Of a stretch of 64,000 nt of DNA, positions 21,286 through 36,200 are shown piece by piece. Positions within the stretch are counted from its first letter, which is position 1. Every line of letters begins with the position of its first letter. The position numbers were made by a program, and so were the translations under genes. The notes under the pieces are model-generated. The model made no database searches. It was not told where the DNA came from and worked only from the letters and a program-made list of their open reading frames with translations. The DNA lies in NCBI GenBank assembly GCA_964658305.1, contig OZ210885.1, positions 9,982,001 to 10,046,000 on the forward strand. Reading direction: 5' to 3'. Source of the DNA: Leptogorgia sarmentosa (lineage: Eukaryota).

Positions 21286-24200
21286 CTAAAAATGAGATTT
21301 AAATTTTGTTAATCTGTTAAAGCAATGTTACGCGAGGCAATTTTTGCGATCAATTTTGGATTGATAGCCATGTTTTATATTCATAGTGGCTGTTAGAACG
21401 AAAGATTTTGATCGCATTGCATACCCAATGTTCTTTCCCATGGCAATTTTGATACAACGTGAGACGTATTTTAATTTGGATTTACAGCCATTTTTTCGAA
21501 CCGGAATTTCACGTGAATCAATTTTTGCCATCACTTGCGAGCTGATCTTGGATGGTTAGCCGTGTTATCTAACGGCTACGTTATACAGAATAATTATTTT
21601 GCCAATATTTGTGACGCAATTTTAGCTTCATTGTGATTTATGATGTTGCAGGTATGTTACCCAAAGGAATTTGTCGCAAGTGGCAATTCAATTTCGAGTA
21701 CTGAGCTGCCTCTGCAACAGGAGCTTTTATGCTTTCAATAGAAATTAGTAACAAGTGCGGGCGTAAATTTAGGGATGCGCGGGTAGTTTTGACACATCAA
21801 CTTTCCCGCAAGTGTCAAAACTGCCCGCGCCTGACAGGATTTGCACCTGCACCTATTCCTAATTTCTATTAAAAGCATAAAGCGCCTGTGGGGGAGGTAG
21901 GGTCCAGAGGTCACGTTATTTAAGTTGCTGTCTCAGAAATTGTTCACGTAGACCGCTACTACACTCGCTTTTCACAATTCTTCACATAACATACTATAAC
22001 TAGGAAATATTAGCAGAATAAACAGGGACAGATCTCCACAAATTTCCATCGAGTCTCGTCAAAATAACATAGCTTTAAATCAGACGTTTCGTAACATGCA
22101 GCTAAAACTGCCTGATCTATCACCTGTTTGTACGAAAGAGAAAAAAAGAAGTTTGGCCAAGAATTACAGAGGCCTATCTCCATTAGAGCAAATATGAGTC
22201 GTATTTTAGCGAAGATCATTATAGCTAGCACGTATCAAAGAAGGATATGAAACAAACATCAGTGAAGTCCAGTGAGGTTTCAGGCGAAATCGTTCAACGT
22301 CTGATGGGATATTCATTAGGTGAAGACAGTGATAGAGAAGTATTGTGGGCCTCTGATACTGGTAAAGATTGATCTTACTGCCGTGTAGCTACGAACATAT
22401 TCCAAGAGACTTCCTATTTCGTGTACTAAACATACGAACAGGTGCAGCACATCTAGTGGTTATCCTTCAGATCTTGTAATGTACAAGAACACAACAGCTT
22501 CGACACTTCGTATGAAAAATAATTTTGATGCATGTTGGTTGGTGGTAGACAGGGAGGGCAAGAATCCCTATGTTTATTCAACTACTATTTCGACTGCGTA
22601 TTCAAAGTCGCTGCAGGAGAGATAGATCGCACATTCACAGATGGATGAGGGATTGATTTTGAATAAAGCCGGGCGCATAAGACACGATTTTTGTCCACCG
22701 ATGAAAATGTTTTTGTGTATACGTTGCATGAGGCGATTTTAGGAGGGAGTTTACGCAAGGTAATTTCGAATTTACAGCCATGTTATATTGTGGCTAGCTT
22801 ACACATGAAACATTTTTATCGCATGGCACACCCACTATTCTAAATGTTGCAGAAGGGAATTTCTCACACAACGTGTGACTTACTTTGGATTCGTAGCCTT
22901 CACACGAGTCAATTTTCACCATCACTTGCAATGTAATTTTGGATTCATAGCCATGTCAATGTCATACTGTATAACGGGTCAGTTACACGGAGTAATCATT
23001 TTGCGGTCATTTGTGAGTTCATGATCATTTCATCAGAGATTTTAAAGTCTGTAGGTAAGTTATACAGAGGAATTTCCGTCGACTAGCAATTCAATTTCGG
23101 GCCCGGAGAGCGCGTTAAAGCCCGCATTCTACATTTATTTTCAGATTTTTTCTCATAGCATGTTTATAAGAAAATATAGACACAGTAACCTGCGATTTAC
23201 GAGCACAAATTTCTCAGCAAGTTTCGTGTAAATGACACAGCTTTAAATCAGATGTTTCTTTCCAAGGGGCGGTATAAACTTCTGTCGTACTATCCAGCGG
23301 CAGAGTTTCTGGTGCAGGGAAATTGTTCACCCCTTCAAAAAAATTGCCATCTCCTGCAGGGGCGGATCCAGGTGGTTGCAAAGGTTGCACGCGCAACCAT
23401 CAAATTTTGAGGGAAAATTACTTTTTGAAACATTCTTCACTTCAGAATAAATGCTGTTTAATTATTTGCCAATGTTAATTCCGGAATGTTATAATTTACA
23501 TAAATACCGCGCGGTATTGTGTATATTAATGCGTTCACAAAAGGTTTTACTGCTTTTCAGTATTCATTATTCGCAAATAATACATACATTACAATCATTT
23601 ACATAAATGTCGTTGAATCTGTTTGCCATTAAATTTCGCGTCCGTAGTCTGTAGGGTAGTTTATATAACTCACTGACTCATAAGTTGTTCTTATAAACAC
23701 ATGGGATTGTGTTGTCTCAGTTGGGTCTCTGACTTAAAAGAACTGTTTGTCGTCATGTTATTTAAATAATGATACTAGGTAAACTGTTTTTTCAAACACA
23801 GACTGCACTGTTGCAGTGTTGCTTAAGTATGTTGCTTAAATATTTGGCTCATTGAGTGCGTTTCGTTATTTTCTCTCTAAAATATGGTGGAATTAACGAC
23901 CAATTATATGATATAATTCGATGCTCAGAATGCAGGAAATGGCATTTCGGGGGTTCAAATTCCAAAATTTTCAGGGGGAGAGTGCCCTCACATATTTTAT
24001 GCTTTGAAAGGCTTTTAATTGCAATAATCTTGCGTACAGTAGCTTGACGTCGCTTGCTTTGTTGCATGAATCTTAGACGGGAATTTTGCTGGCAGCGCTA
24101 GAGACAGAGCAAATTTCGTTCCTAGTTAATATGATGTTTCTTTGATAACGACCGAAGGAATTAAGCGAACGAATAGGTGAGCTAGAAAAATCGTTGTCAT

Positions 24201-27200
24201 ACCGCGAATAAAATTTGGAACCTTCGTTTTGTATTGTATGTTCAGGCAGTTTCTACCACTGTAACATGCTGCACGATTTTTGTTTTACAACACTTGATGA
24301 ATTTGAGTAGAACTTTCAACAGGCCTATAAAGCTAATAGAGAGGCTAAGATACCCAGGTTCCGGTTTACGGCTACGGCTGCATTTCCCGTTCCAGTACCC
24401 GTAAACCGGAACCGGGGTATCGTCACCTCTCAAATAACCACAGCTGGCCCAGGTTGCTCGCGCCCGCCTGAAAATTACTAAAAATAATAGGATGGAGACA
24501 TTGCGACCAGACGAGGCATATGTGACATAAACTATCCTCGATTTTGTGCATTTAAATATATCTCTTTCCAAATTAATTTCCCCAGTAAGAAGGATACCCT
24601 ATAACTCTCAAAACAATGATGCTTTTATCAAATAGCGTAAATTCGGCAAACATATATCCGCGTACCAGATGTGCTGTGCATAAAACCGGAAGTCGTTGAT
24701 TACTCATTAAATTCAAACCTTATTGTGTCGCGAATATTAAAAAACATTCGCTGCCCAATCAGATTTGAGTTTCTGTGGTGTAATTGAGTATATTCGACGA
24801 TTTCCGGTTTATTGCACAGGAAAGCGGGTACGCGGATATATATTTGCCAAATCTTGTCATTCCTTCTTCGACAATTTTAGAGCGAATTTACGCTATTTGA
24901 TAAAAGCATCATTGTTTTGATAGTTACACGGGATCCTTCTTGCTGGGGATATCGATTAATTTGGAAAGAGAAATGCGAAAAATCGAGGATAGTCTGTGTG
25001 AGATATGCCTCGTCTGGTCGCAATGGTTCCATCCTTCTATTATTTTCAGTGATTCTCAGGCGGGCGCGGGCAAATATTTAGCCTGGGCTTCCTGGCAGTT
25101 TGTCACGTTGTTACCCTATTTTAGTTAGTGATTAATTAACAAAACTTATTAGTGAAAATTTTTCTCTCATTAAAAATCTTTGTACTAGCCTTTTTGTTAA
25201 CGCTGACAACGAATTAATAATAACAGTTAACAAGGCGCCTGCTCAGGCGTTCACTCCGCCTGCACTGCAAAAATGGTTATCTGTAATTCTGTAGTTTGAC
25301 TCATGAAAATGGATTGAACTCGCGAGTTTTAATTAAAACATGCACAAGTCTAATTGTTTAAGGGCATTAAAGAGATCAAGCCACACTCATAGGATAACAT
25401 ACGACCTTAGTTATTCTTCTTTTCGTTCTATTGGATGACCCCAGACATCGCAAAGGAATGCGTTCATATTTCGGCAATTTCAGAATCATTTACGCTTATT
25501 AAAATAAATGCACAATATACCTTCCTTTAGAACTTACTTAAGATTTCGTTGAAATCCAGCATAAAATAAGGACAATATACTCATTTAAATTGTTAGCTAC
25601 ACGTTCGTTATATTTATAGTTCACAAATCGCAATGACTGCGGCCGAAACGCCGGAAGTAAAATGTGCGTGCCTAAACAACAAAGGCTGCGACGTCAAATT
25701 ATCCATAAACCTACACCGATGTACCTATTTATCAAGTAGCCAGTTTGTGACGCCGTCGACGACACAAGACACGGACATGTTAAGACTCCGCTGGGTGGCT
25801 ACGCCTACGCGGGCGGAGTGAAAAGGATTTCATTAAGTGCAAGTTTGACTTTGCCTGCTGTCAGATGTAGGCTCTATGTTGATCACATTTAAAGTGTGCC
25901 ACGCTGTAATCTTAGAGGTCACTGATATAATGAATGGCCTCAGGTCTCGCCCGGTGACGCTTTGCATCACTGTAGCGATAAATAATTTAATAACACAACA
26001 TTGTCACGACCCTTTATTACGCGTTTGGTGGAGTTATCGTGGGCGTTGGAATTTACGACGACAATTCGATTTGTGCATCAGCAGCGGCAACAAGTTCCCG
26101 CACAGAATGTTGAAGAGTTAAGGGCCGATAACATGGAGCATTTTCAAACCCGGGGTTTAAGTCAGCCCTGTTGACAGGGGTTGAAAATGCCTGCACGTGA
26201 ATGTTTTTTTCTATATAGTTTCCCAATTTTATTCACTCGAACCCTTCAGCTAATACTCCATGAATTACGCGATCACACCTTGTGCAATTGAGATTAGAAA
26301 ATAAAATAATAACAATGAAATTATTTACCTGATATAGCCACCAGGTTGCCAGGATTGTTAATCCTTAAAACTTTCTCAGTATAGAAATCAATGATGCTTT
26401 CTCTCTCGGTGCCGTTCAAGTTCCACTTTGTGATTTCCTCTGCAGCTTCAGTAGTAAATGCCTTATGAGCACAAAAAAGAGAGTTGTGGACCACACGAAT
26501 TGTTTGGATTCTCCCCATCCAGACGTATTCGTACCTATGCACGACACCATTTTCATTTACCCGATCAATCTGTCAAAATTATCAAAAAACGGCTCAATAT
26601 AACGTCCTTCCATTAAATATTTTCTCACCAATTCACAAAATGTTATTCAGTTATAAATGCTTATCATTATGTATTTTGAATTCGTGATTCCGATTCGGAG
26701 GCGTAATTTTCAGAATCGCACGCAATTCTTGAATTTATTTTACATAATATAGGTATTTTAAGAGAATGAAGGCAACGGGGTAAATCATGGAGGGGGGAGG
26801 GGGATGAAACATGTGACCTACTTTTTTGGCTGAGGGGATGGATGTGTTATCCCCTCACTTTTTAACAGTAAAGTCATATTAGCTGATGAATGTCTCGATA
26901 TTCTTGCATTAAATGAGACAAGATTAGATAATACTATAAATAACCAAGCTATGTGCATAAGTAATTATGATCTTATTAGGGTTGATCGTTCTAGAACAGG
27001 GGGAGGCGTCTTCTTATTTGTGAAAACTTCCCTTAACTATTTAGAACGAAAAGATCTGACTAGAGATAATCTTGAAGCTGTATGTGTTGAGATTAATGTA
27101 TGTATTTAATCTTCCACTGCACCATTTATCGTTGGTACTATTTACAGACCTCCAGGTGCTTCTGTTGACTCTTTTGCCACAATTGAGCAATTGGTACAAA

Positions 27201-30200
27201 CAATAGATGACGAAAACAAGGAATTTTATATACTCGGTGACTTAAATGCTAACTTGCTAGACACCTCAAACAATGCCACAAAGAATTTAAACTCAATCAT
27301 GGAATTATTAACACTTATTGACTGGGTCCAAGGGAAACAGTGTGTTTTGTGGACCCGAGACCGTCGGGTCCACAAAACACACTGGTTTCCCGAGGGCGCA
27401 GTCAATAAGTGCTTTATTATATACCAATCGTCAAAGAAACAACAAAATAAAAGCGGAACAAGTGAACAAAAATGTACGAAATATTTTATTCTTAAAATGT
27501 TAAATTAAATTAAAGCATTAGCAGGTCGTCCAAAGGTCGCGTCTTCACGTGATGGCGCACGTGATTTTTGATGTTGTTCACCGGTGAATAACGTATTATC
27601 TCCCTCACTTGCTGATGCGAGGAAGACAGTCTAATTTCGTACTCTGATACGCTCTCGACTGATACGCTCTCGACAAGAAAAGGGAAACTTGGACGATTAG
27701 TATATAATAATAAACAATTATTGGATGAGGCTGAGCATGATATCAAGAATTATTATTACAAGCGCTGGATATGAGCTATTCTGCAATCTGATTGGTTCTC
27801 TAAATATCATAACTGAGGGAAATATCGCCGAATCCCCCGAGCGGAGGGTCTATAAATGATATATTATACCGAAAAATATGCCCCAGAAAAAATAGCACTA
27901 CATGGACATATTGTGGTTGAATTATTTAATCAAAACTGCATGTATAATGGCAAACGTTATTTACGAATATCATGATCAAAGTTATTTACGAATAAAAAAT
28001 TCAATAAGTTAAGTTCACATATATAAACATCGAGTGTCGTTCATCTAATATTCGTTTGATTTCTTCGTCGCTTTCTGCCTCTGTGCTCTCCGCCATCGCC
28101 GCCATTTCGACTTAAACAACATGAAATTTTCCCGCCATATTGCTCGAGTCGTGCGTGTTGTCTCGCGTGGTTGACACGAATAATATTCCACCCCATATTT
28201 CCCGGTGAATATGGGGTGGAATATTGTCAAAAGGAACGCAGGCTCGCAAAATGATGACGTAAGGCTTGATATTGTGTTTAATTTCATGCTCACGTGTCGC
28301 AAATTGGGCTTTCTCATTGGACAATTTGAAATTGAGGTATAATATTAGCTCATATCCTGCTAGTACAGAAATGTAAACAAAATGGCTGAAAGAGCGAAGC
28401 CGGAATTCAAGTGTTCAACAGTTAAAAACGTCTTTGCGACCGATTAAAAGAATAAAATTCAAGAAGTTTAGTTGTAAATGTTTATTGTGCAGTTTTGAAT
28501 CTGGAAAACCGGACTCAACGCTGTAATATTCATCGCTTGACTGAGTTGGATCGCTTGTTGCTGTTCGTTGACATTTTACAACGGTAAAATTTGTGTTGTA
28601 CTTTCAAATGCAGAAAAATACAGATGAAAACTGCTGAAATTTAAAACTAGCTATAGTTTAAACGAAACGTCGACTATTTTAATTCCGTAACTGTTGGTTT
28701 TTCCGTGCTTTTTGGCGTGTATTTATCAAGTAAAACTGTTTAAATTTGTAAATATGTCGATTTCAAAGCGATAGAACACTCAATGCACGCATGAGGACTC
28801 TGACAATACTAAATCTTGAATTTAGTCATTTCCCAAGTATGGACATTCGAGCAATTTCAACAGATCTTGACCTTGCATGTTATACTATATTAAGACCACA
28901 ATACCTATAGCTACATCTACACTCTACCTTCTATTTAGACTTATCAGGAATCAAACAGGCAAATAACTTAAATTGAAGTTACATTCATTAGAAAATAAAC
29001 ATTTTCAATCCATGCCATGGAGCAAAATTGGAATTCATAATTGAGTTTAGGACTTCTGGTGGGCAAGATATTTTGGATGATTGACTGTCATTCATTTTTA
29101 CTTGCGCCATCCTTTGTTCTAGGAAACTTTGTATCCATCATCAAAAGCTCTTTCTTGTATTCATTTAAGCGTGTCTTCTCTTGATAGGGACTTTTGAGGA
29201 TTGGATTGCGAAGTTTGTGTTGAAATTTACGCAAACATCCGAGCGTGCATAAAATTAATTGTTCATCACTCAGGAAACAGTGGAAAAGTTTTCGGACATC
29301 TCCGGCTTATATCAGCGTGCAGCAAATTTCTCGAAGCTCGATAATATAACCTATTCTCCGTATATTGACCCGATTAAATCAAATCGCATCAATTATCTTC
29401 GTTTTTTTTGTGAGAGTCATTTTTAATTAACGTGTCTTAGATTTTAAAATAAATTAGGTTCCAGATGTACCAAAAATCGAAAACTACGGCCGCATAAAAC
29501 ATGCAGCTAAATTAGTATAGTAAAATCTTTACATAAAGAAGGGGAATTAAACTTAAAATTGAGCTGTGGCCACTAGCGAAGACCTTCGACAAAACGAATC
29601 GCGAATGGCGCAGTGATAACGCCAAAATCCGACAATATGTTTTTAGCTCAGTTACACCATATTGCGTGCTAACTAGGAGTTACTATCGCAAGGGAGGTGC
29701 TGCCTGTGTGCTCAAACTTTAAAATCCCGGGGGGTTCTAGAATACCCGTCCACTTTTGAAACAGTGACTTGTTATCGTGATACGATGATACGAAGTCAAA
29801 ATAATCACGCAATGTAATCCGAGTTTTTAAAAAGCCTGGGCAACATACATTTTTTCGCAATACGATGACGCGAAGTGAAATCATCCATCCATCCTTTAAA
29901 ACGCTTTTCGGATAGTGATCGCAGTTTATATACCCCCGATTCCCGACGTCAGGTAAATGCGATTTATGTTGTCAAAATACACCAAAATGGCGGCAACTTG
30001 CAATAAACCTTTTGTTAATTTGGTATTATATAAAACAAATAATGATTGTTTTCATTCGTGCAATGGTAAGAATATTTTCATTGGGTGAAAGATGGAATGT
30101 TCCATTCAACTCGGCATTCCATCTTTCACCTCATGAAAATATTCTTACCATTGCACTCATAAACATTCATTATTTGTATATTATATAACACTTTGTTAAA

Positions 30201-33200
30201 TTGACGCGATTTAATTGGTTATTTACGATCACGTGATATAAAATAGAAATTCCATTTTCATGATCGTGCAATGGAACCGTGCAAATATTTCTTTCCATTG
30301 CACGGTAGTTTTAATTATTTTCAATCACTCAAAATGTTATCGCACGCATTTAATGGCGAATCCATGAACGTGGCGCGACCATGTGAGCGATGGAATTTTA
30401 TTTAGTAAACTAACAAAACAAAATGGCGGGTATTTCAAATACCAAAACGCCTTTTTGGTGTCATATAAAACAAATAATGAATGTTTATTTCGTGCAATGG
30501 AAAGAATATTTTCATTCGGTGAAAGATGGAATGTTCCATTCAACTCGGCTTCGCCTCGTTGAATAGAACATTCCATCTTTCACCTCATGAAAATATTCTT
30601 ACCATTGCACTCATAAACATTCATTATTTGTATACTATACTATTAGTAATAGTAAGAATATTCACCGAGTTGAATGGAACACTCCATTTTTCACCGAATG
30701 AAAATATTCTTACCATTGCACGAAATGAACATTCATTATCTGTTTTATATGACACCAAAATAAATCATTGACCGGAAATACCCGACATTTTGTTTTGTTA
30801 GTTTACTAAATAAAATTCCATCGCTACATGGTCGCGCCACGTCATGGATTCGCCTTTAAATGCGTGCGAAAATAACATTTTGAGTGATTGAAAATAATTA
30901 AAACCACCGTGCAATGGAAAGAAATATTTGCACGGTTCAATTGCACGATCATGAAAATGGAATTTCTATTTTATATCATCGTAGGTGATTAATTGTTAAG
31001 TAGGAAACAACCTTTGCGAATAGAATCGAGCAAAACCTCGCCAATTTACGACAGCTTTAGAACTCGGCAAAGTTATTTTACTGTTCTGAAAATGTATTTT
31101 ATACAAAAAACACATGATGGTGGGAAAAAGAAGTTGTGGTGCCTTCGCATCTCGAAATTTGTTCGGTGTATGCCCTGACATAGAAGCTTTTTTTCCGTAG
31201 AAAATGTTATTTATCACGACCATTATAAACGAATGTATAATGAAAAATTTGTTTTAACCTGACCACTCTATTTCTAGCCCATGTTATTCGCAAATATATA
31301 TTTTAATAAGAACTGTCTTCGCATAGTTTAATTTTAAAGGTTTTACCGTCTTCTTGCCACAAAATAGTATTTCCTTAATATTGCCAATTAAAATTCGGAT
31401 TCTTAATTATAGCTTAGGAATATTGCATCTCACACATTTCTGGTAATGAAACAAACATCCAGCAAGAAAAAAACTATTCATTTGGTTGAATTCTTCCAGA
31501 TATGGTTTGAACAATGGGGATTTTTTTCCGAATTTGCCTCCCAATTTTCAAAATGAAGATTGGAACGAAGTTAATTTGCAATAATTCTAGAAACGCTTCA
31601 TAATGTGTATGTGCATGTGCTATTTTACATCATGAAATTTGAATTACAGCTGAACCTACAACAAGTAGCTAACACGTCCAAAAATAACATTTGAAAATCT
31701 CGTTCGGAAAATGATATACATACCTTTTTGCCAGAAGCAATTATGATGTCATCGCAGCGGGGCACGAATTCTAACGCGGTAATGGGATCCGAACAAATGT
31801 TGTCATGTAACCATACTAACGTCGGCAAGTTTTCTTGAACTTTCCAAAGCTTCACAGACCCAACGATAGACCCAGATGCAAAGCGACGTGAACGATCATG
31901 ACCTCCTCCCTCGCCTTTAACTTGAGAAATAGCATCCTCGTGTGCTGGAAATTTCAACTGCGATTTATTGTTAAGATGGAACAATAACAGTTCTCCGTCA
32001 TCACAACCAAGCAATGCATATTGTGACCCAAGAGCAGTAATGCAAGTGACTTTAACATCTGGTTGTCCCAAATTAATGCTGGCCTCGATATCATTAAAAG
32101 TTATTAGTTCGATTTTGTTTACCTCGTCAACAAAAACGAAACGGACATCATCACTTAATACGCAGACAAAACGTATGGCGACTCCAGATTCGCTCTTTGC
32201 GAATTGAACTATTTTAGAACACTCTGTGTCGACCAGCGACAATGTTCCCGAACTGCTTCCAGACAGAGCAAATTTCGCATTTGATGTGATGTCAATTGCT
32301 GTAACTATCGAGTCGTCAGGGTGACCTGCATGAAGGAAGTAAAATTTTTATTTGAAGTATTCAAGTATGCGATGCTTCAGCGGTTTAGCCTGCCAATCAT
32401 TGAAAAATATCCTTTAGACGACAAGTAATCTATACAGGTGCAGCAATAGAAATTTTCTTCATATCCAGGTAGGAAAATGCATCACTGATATCGAAAACGC
32501 AAAAATAAGTCATTCACTGTTGTGAATAAAAGACTAGTATACTGGAATAAAGGCCGTTTTCCATTACAGTCGTTTTGCCAGCGCGGGCGGAGCGAACGAT
32601 TTAAACTTCGTCAAAAATACGTCGCGCGGGCACGCCAGGAGAGTTGAACGTAGTTCCACTTCTAAGCGTCTCCGCGCGTGCAAAATTAGACAGAGAACGC
32701 TCGTATTAGACATCCATAGCAAAAGTTGAAACATGTTCGCTCTGCCCGTGCGGGCAAAGCGACTGCAATGGAAAACTGCCGTAAATCACACCCATTTCAT
32801 CCAAAATTCAATCACTTTCACATGATAAATAGTACGTACATTGCACGAACTTTAATTTGAATGGCCATAATATGTTTTTTATTGTTCCCAATCATTGCAG
32901 TTATACTAATTTTGACACACTGTTACACATTGTAGCGATGGATTTTTGTTTCTTTACTTATTTTCAAATTTTTGAGATCGCTAGATTTCTCTATTATGTA
33001 TACGTTTACTCTAGACTAAAAACTTGCAGTGGGCTGAGAACAGTCTCACACTAAACTCACGGAAAGACAGTTTAGTAGAACAGAACTTCCGTGTCAATTG
33101 ACAGCTAATCCTCCAAAACGTCAGCTGAGGTTTAAATCTTGAGGTATGTTCGCACAGCGCAACTAGTTAGGCTCGTTTTAGACGTCTAATTTTCGTCAAA

Positions 33201-36200
33201 TTCAAACAATGAGGGAAGTAATCTCATGAATGATACGAAAATGGCTTGAAAAATTGCAATGTGTTGACATCCTTCATATGTCGTGAAGGCACATGGATGG
33301 GAAACTTACTGTACCAAAATACCCGTTTAGAAAAAGATGAGATCAAAAATAGCAAGTTGAAATTTTTGAAATCTCGTAGCTTTGGTATTCTTTCGCTACA
33401 TGCAACACGACTAAAAGCGGATACAGGTTTGTAGAAACTCGTGACGAAACCGTTTTAATTGTATTCTCCGTAATCGTTTAATACATAATCAGAACAGAAA
33501 ATAGCCTGTAAAGCTAGCCAAGACAATTTCAGAGCTAACACGTAAATCGAATTCAATATTTGACTCATTCGCGAGTGAATGCAGTGGTTTTTCGGGAAAA
33601 ATATATGCTCATTTAAAACGGATATTTCACACATATAAATTATTGTGTGTGTGAATATGGTAAAAATCCTGTAGTCGCATCAAAGACTTAAAGTATTTAG
33701 AATTTTCAAATAGTCCTTGATTTACCCACCTGCATTATGGTCGATCCAACTATCAGTTGAAAGTTTCCGGGTGAGAAACACATTTTTCTGAAGCGAGCAA
33801 AACAAAAGATTTTTGCCGTCGGGTGATATTACATGTGGGACCCTCGGCCGCTGACGTACAGTCGATACTTGCAAAGAGTTGGGATTGATTCCACTAATAT
33901 GCATATCAGGGCTGCATGTGTAAAGCATGTTGCGATCGCATGCTATTTCCACTGTATAGGACGCGGGTAAAATGACTTCTTTCAAAGACGCATCAGGATT
34001 TTGCCAGTCCCAGATGAACACATGGTTATCTTTGCATCCAATTATAACTTGCAACCCATCAGAACTAAAGCGAACAATCTCAGGTGAGCCATCGCTATCA
34101 ATTCCATTGATCACACTGCCAACAGACAAATTCCACACCTTAAAAAATAAAAGGAAAAATTAATATTCTGTATGAAGCTTAAAACTTGTGATATAATGAT
34201 TTATCAAAACTAATTGTGAATATAATAACTAACAAGCAAAGTAAGTTTCGTTACTTATATTATGCGTGCTACTCAAAGCGATTACTGGAAGCCAGTTTTT
34301 AAAGATGTAGAAAGGGCATAAAAAGTTAGTTAATACGTTCCAGATTAGTTTTTACGTTTTATTTTCGAAAATATACGTACACTTGAGCAATAATATGACT
34401 GAACAAAGCTTCTGTAATGCATAAATAAAACAATGGCGGCCATATTGGTCTAAATAAATTTCCTCCAAAAATGGCGTCTTTTTCCTTTTAAATTTGGCCT
34501 TGAATAACTAATGAGGTCACATCAAGATGGACGCCGAGTGATTCATGATAAAGCCATAGATATAGGAAGCCTAGATTGCTGACTCCGTATAAAATGTGTG
34601 GCAACTTTTGAAAATCCAAGATGGCTGCTCAACCAGTCAAGTTAATAGGAGCTAGTATGGGAAAAACCATGTTTTTCGCATTTTACGACCGCATAACGTT
34701 TCCGATCACGTTCTAGCACCATTTTTTTGGAAATAACTACCCGTGCTGAAGGTTTTGGATGAAAATTGAGCAATTTGAATGGAATTAACCCCGAAATAAT
34801 CGATCGTAAAGTGCGGCCAAAACAGTCACTTGACTTCGTTCGAAACATTTCAGGTCAAGAATGAAGCTTTTGGATAACTTTGAGGTGTTGGAATATTCTA
34901 TAGGACTTCTGTGAAAGATAAGAAATAGAAAGCGGCGTGTTGGGAGAGAAACAGGAAGCGATTTGTCGTCCACAATTCTCACTGTATATTTAGTCGACAT
35001 TTGGGCGACCGAGTTGTCCGTGAAGGGAATTCATCCAAGAGGCCAAAGTTTACAAAACATATTCTTTCTGGCAACGATTAGTTGAAGAAAAATAAGTTAG
35101 TTTACCGGTTGATAGGCTCGAACGTCTTGAAAAACCAATTTGACTGCCTTGGGAGCACTTGACGATCGATTATTTGGGGGTTAATTCCATTCAAATTGCT
35201 CAATTTTCATCCAAAACCTTCAACACGGGTAGTTATTTCCAAAAAATGGTGCTAGAACGTGATCGGAAACTTTATGCGGTCGTAAAACGCGAAAAACATG
35301 GTTTTTCCTATACTAGCTCCTATTAATTTGACCGGTTGAGCAGCCATTTTGGATTGCTCATGTTTGCCACATGCGTCAGCATATAATTATTCTACAGTCA
35401 GCAATCTAGGCTTCCTATATCTATGGATAAAGCTTTTAAACGTTCTAGAAACCACTAGAAAAGTTATGACAAAAGCTCTGTGTATGTCTTAAACTGCAAA
35501 AGACATTTTCTTTGTAATTCGACCATGCATGTTGTGATACCATTTACGGAAATTGCGATCGATTTCACTCATTTTAGTATTTCATCTCATTACGGAACTT
35601 CAAAATTATTGACTGAATTCAAAAGGATGATAAATTCAGTACTTCGAATTCAGTGGGTTAAAGGGCTCGAACAGCAAGTTTTGCCATTTCATGAAAATAA
35701 GTCGCGCGAAAGTACCAGAAAGCCATCTTAATGAACAACATTTACAGTTGTACTGCTTTGTATTACGAGCGACGATTATTGAGATATTTTACACTTTTTT
35801 AAAAAAGTTGTCTTGTTTCAACGCATAACTCGAATAGCAATGGATCGAGTTTATGGTAAAATGAAAGGGACATCGTCGAACATGTTTTCGGGCATTTTCA
35901 GGGCTCATTCTGTTCAATTGGTATAATCATGCATCATGTGGAAAAAACTTAATATCAGTTCACAACTGTATCAAAAAAATTTTTTTCCTATGTTGCCAAA
36001 GACAACTAATTCACGACTTCATTTACTTCAGGTGAGTGGGGCTCCAGAGATCTCATCTTACGGCGGGCCTGCTTTAATTCTAAGATTCAGTACCAACTGC
36101 GACGTCAGGAATTAGGCTTGGAGTAGGGAATAAGAAATATAATTTCCATCACTCTAACGCTTTTCCAGTGACATAATCTTGGTAATGATTTTGTTCAATT

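Noticed and set aside
21330..23255. Possible extra WD40 exons in the last intron
   Set aside because: Frames are closed by stops; the region is a diverged direct duplication (21.3-22.1 kb vs 22.7-23.25 kb), and exon 15 joins exon 16 in phase without it.
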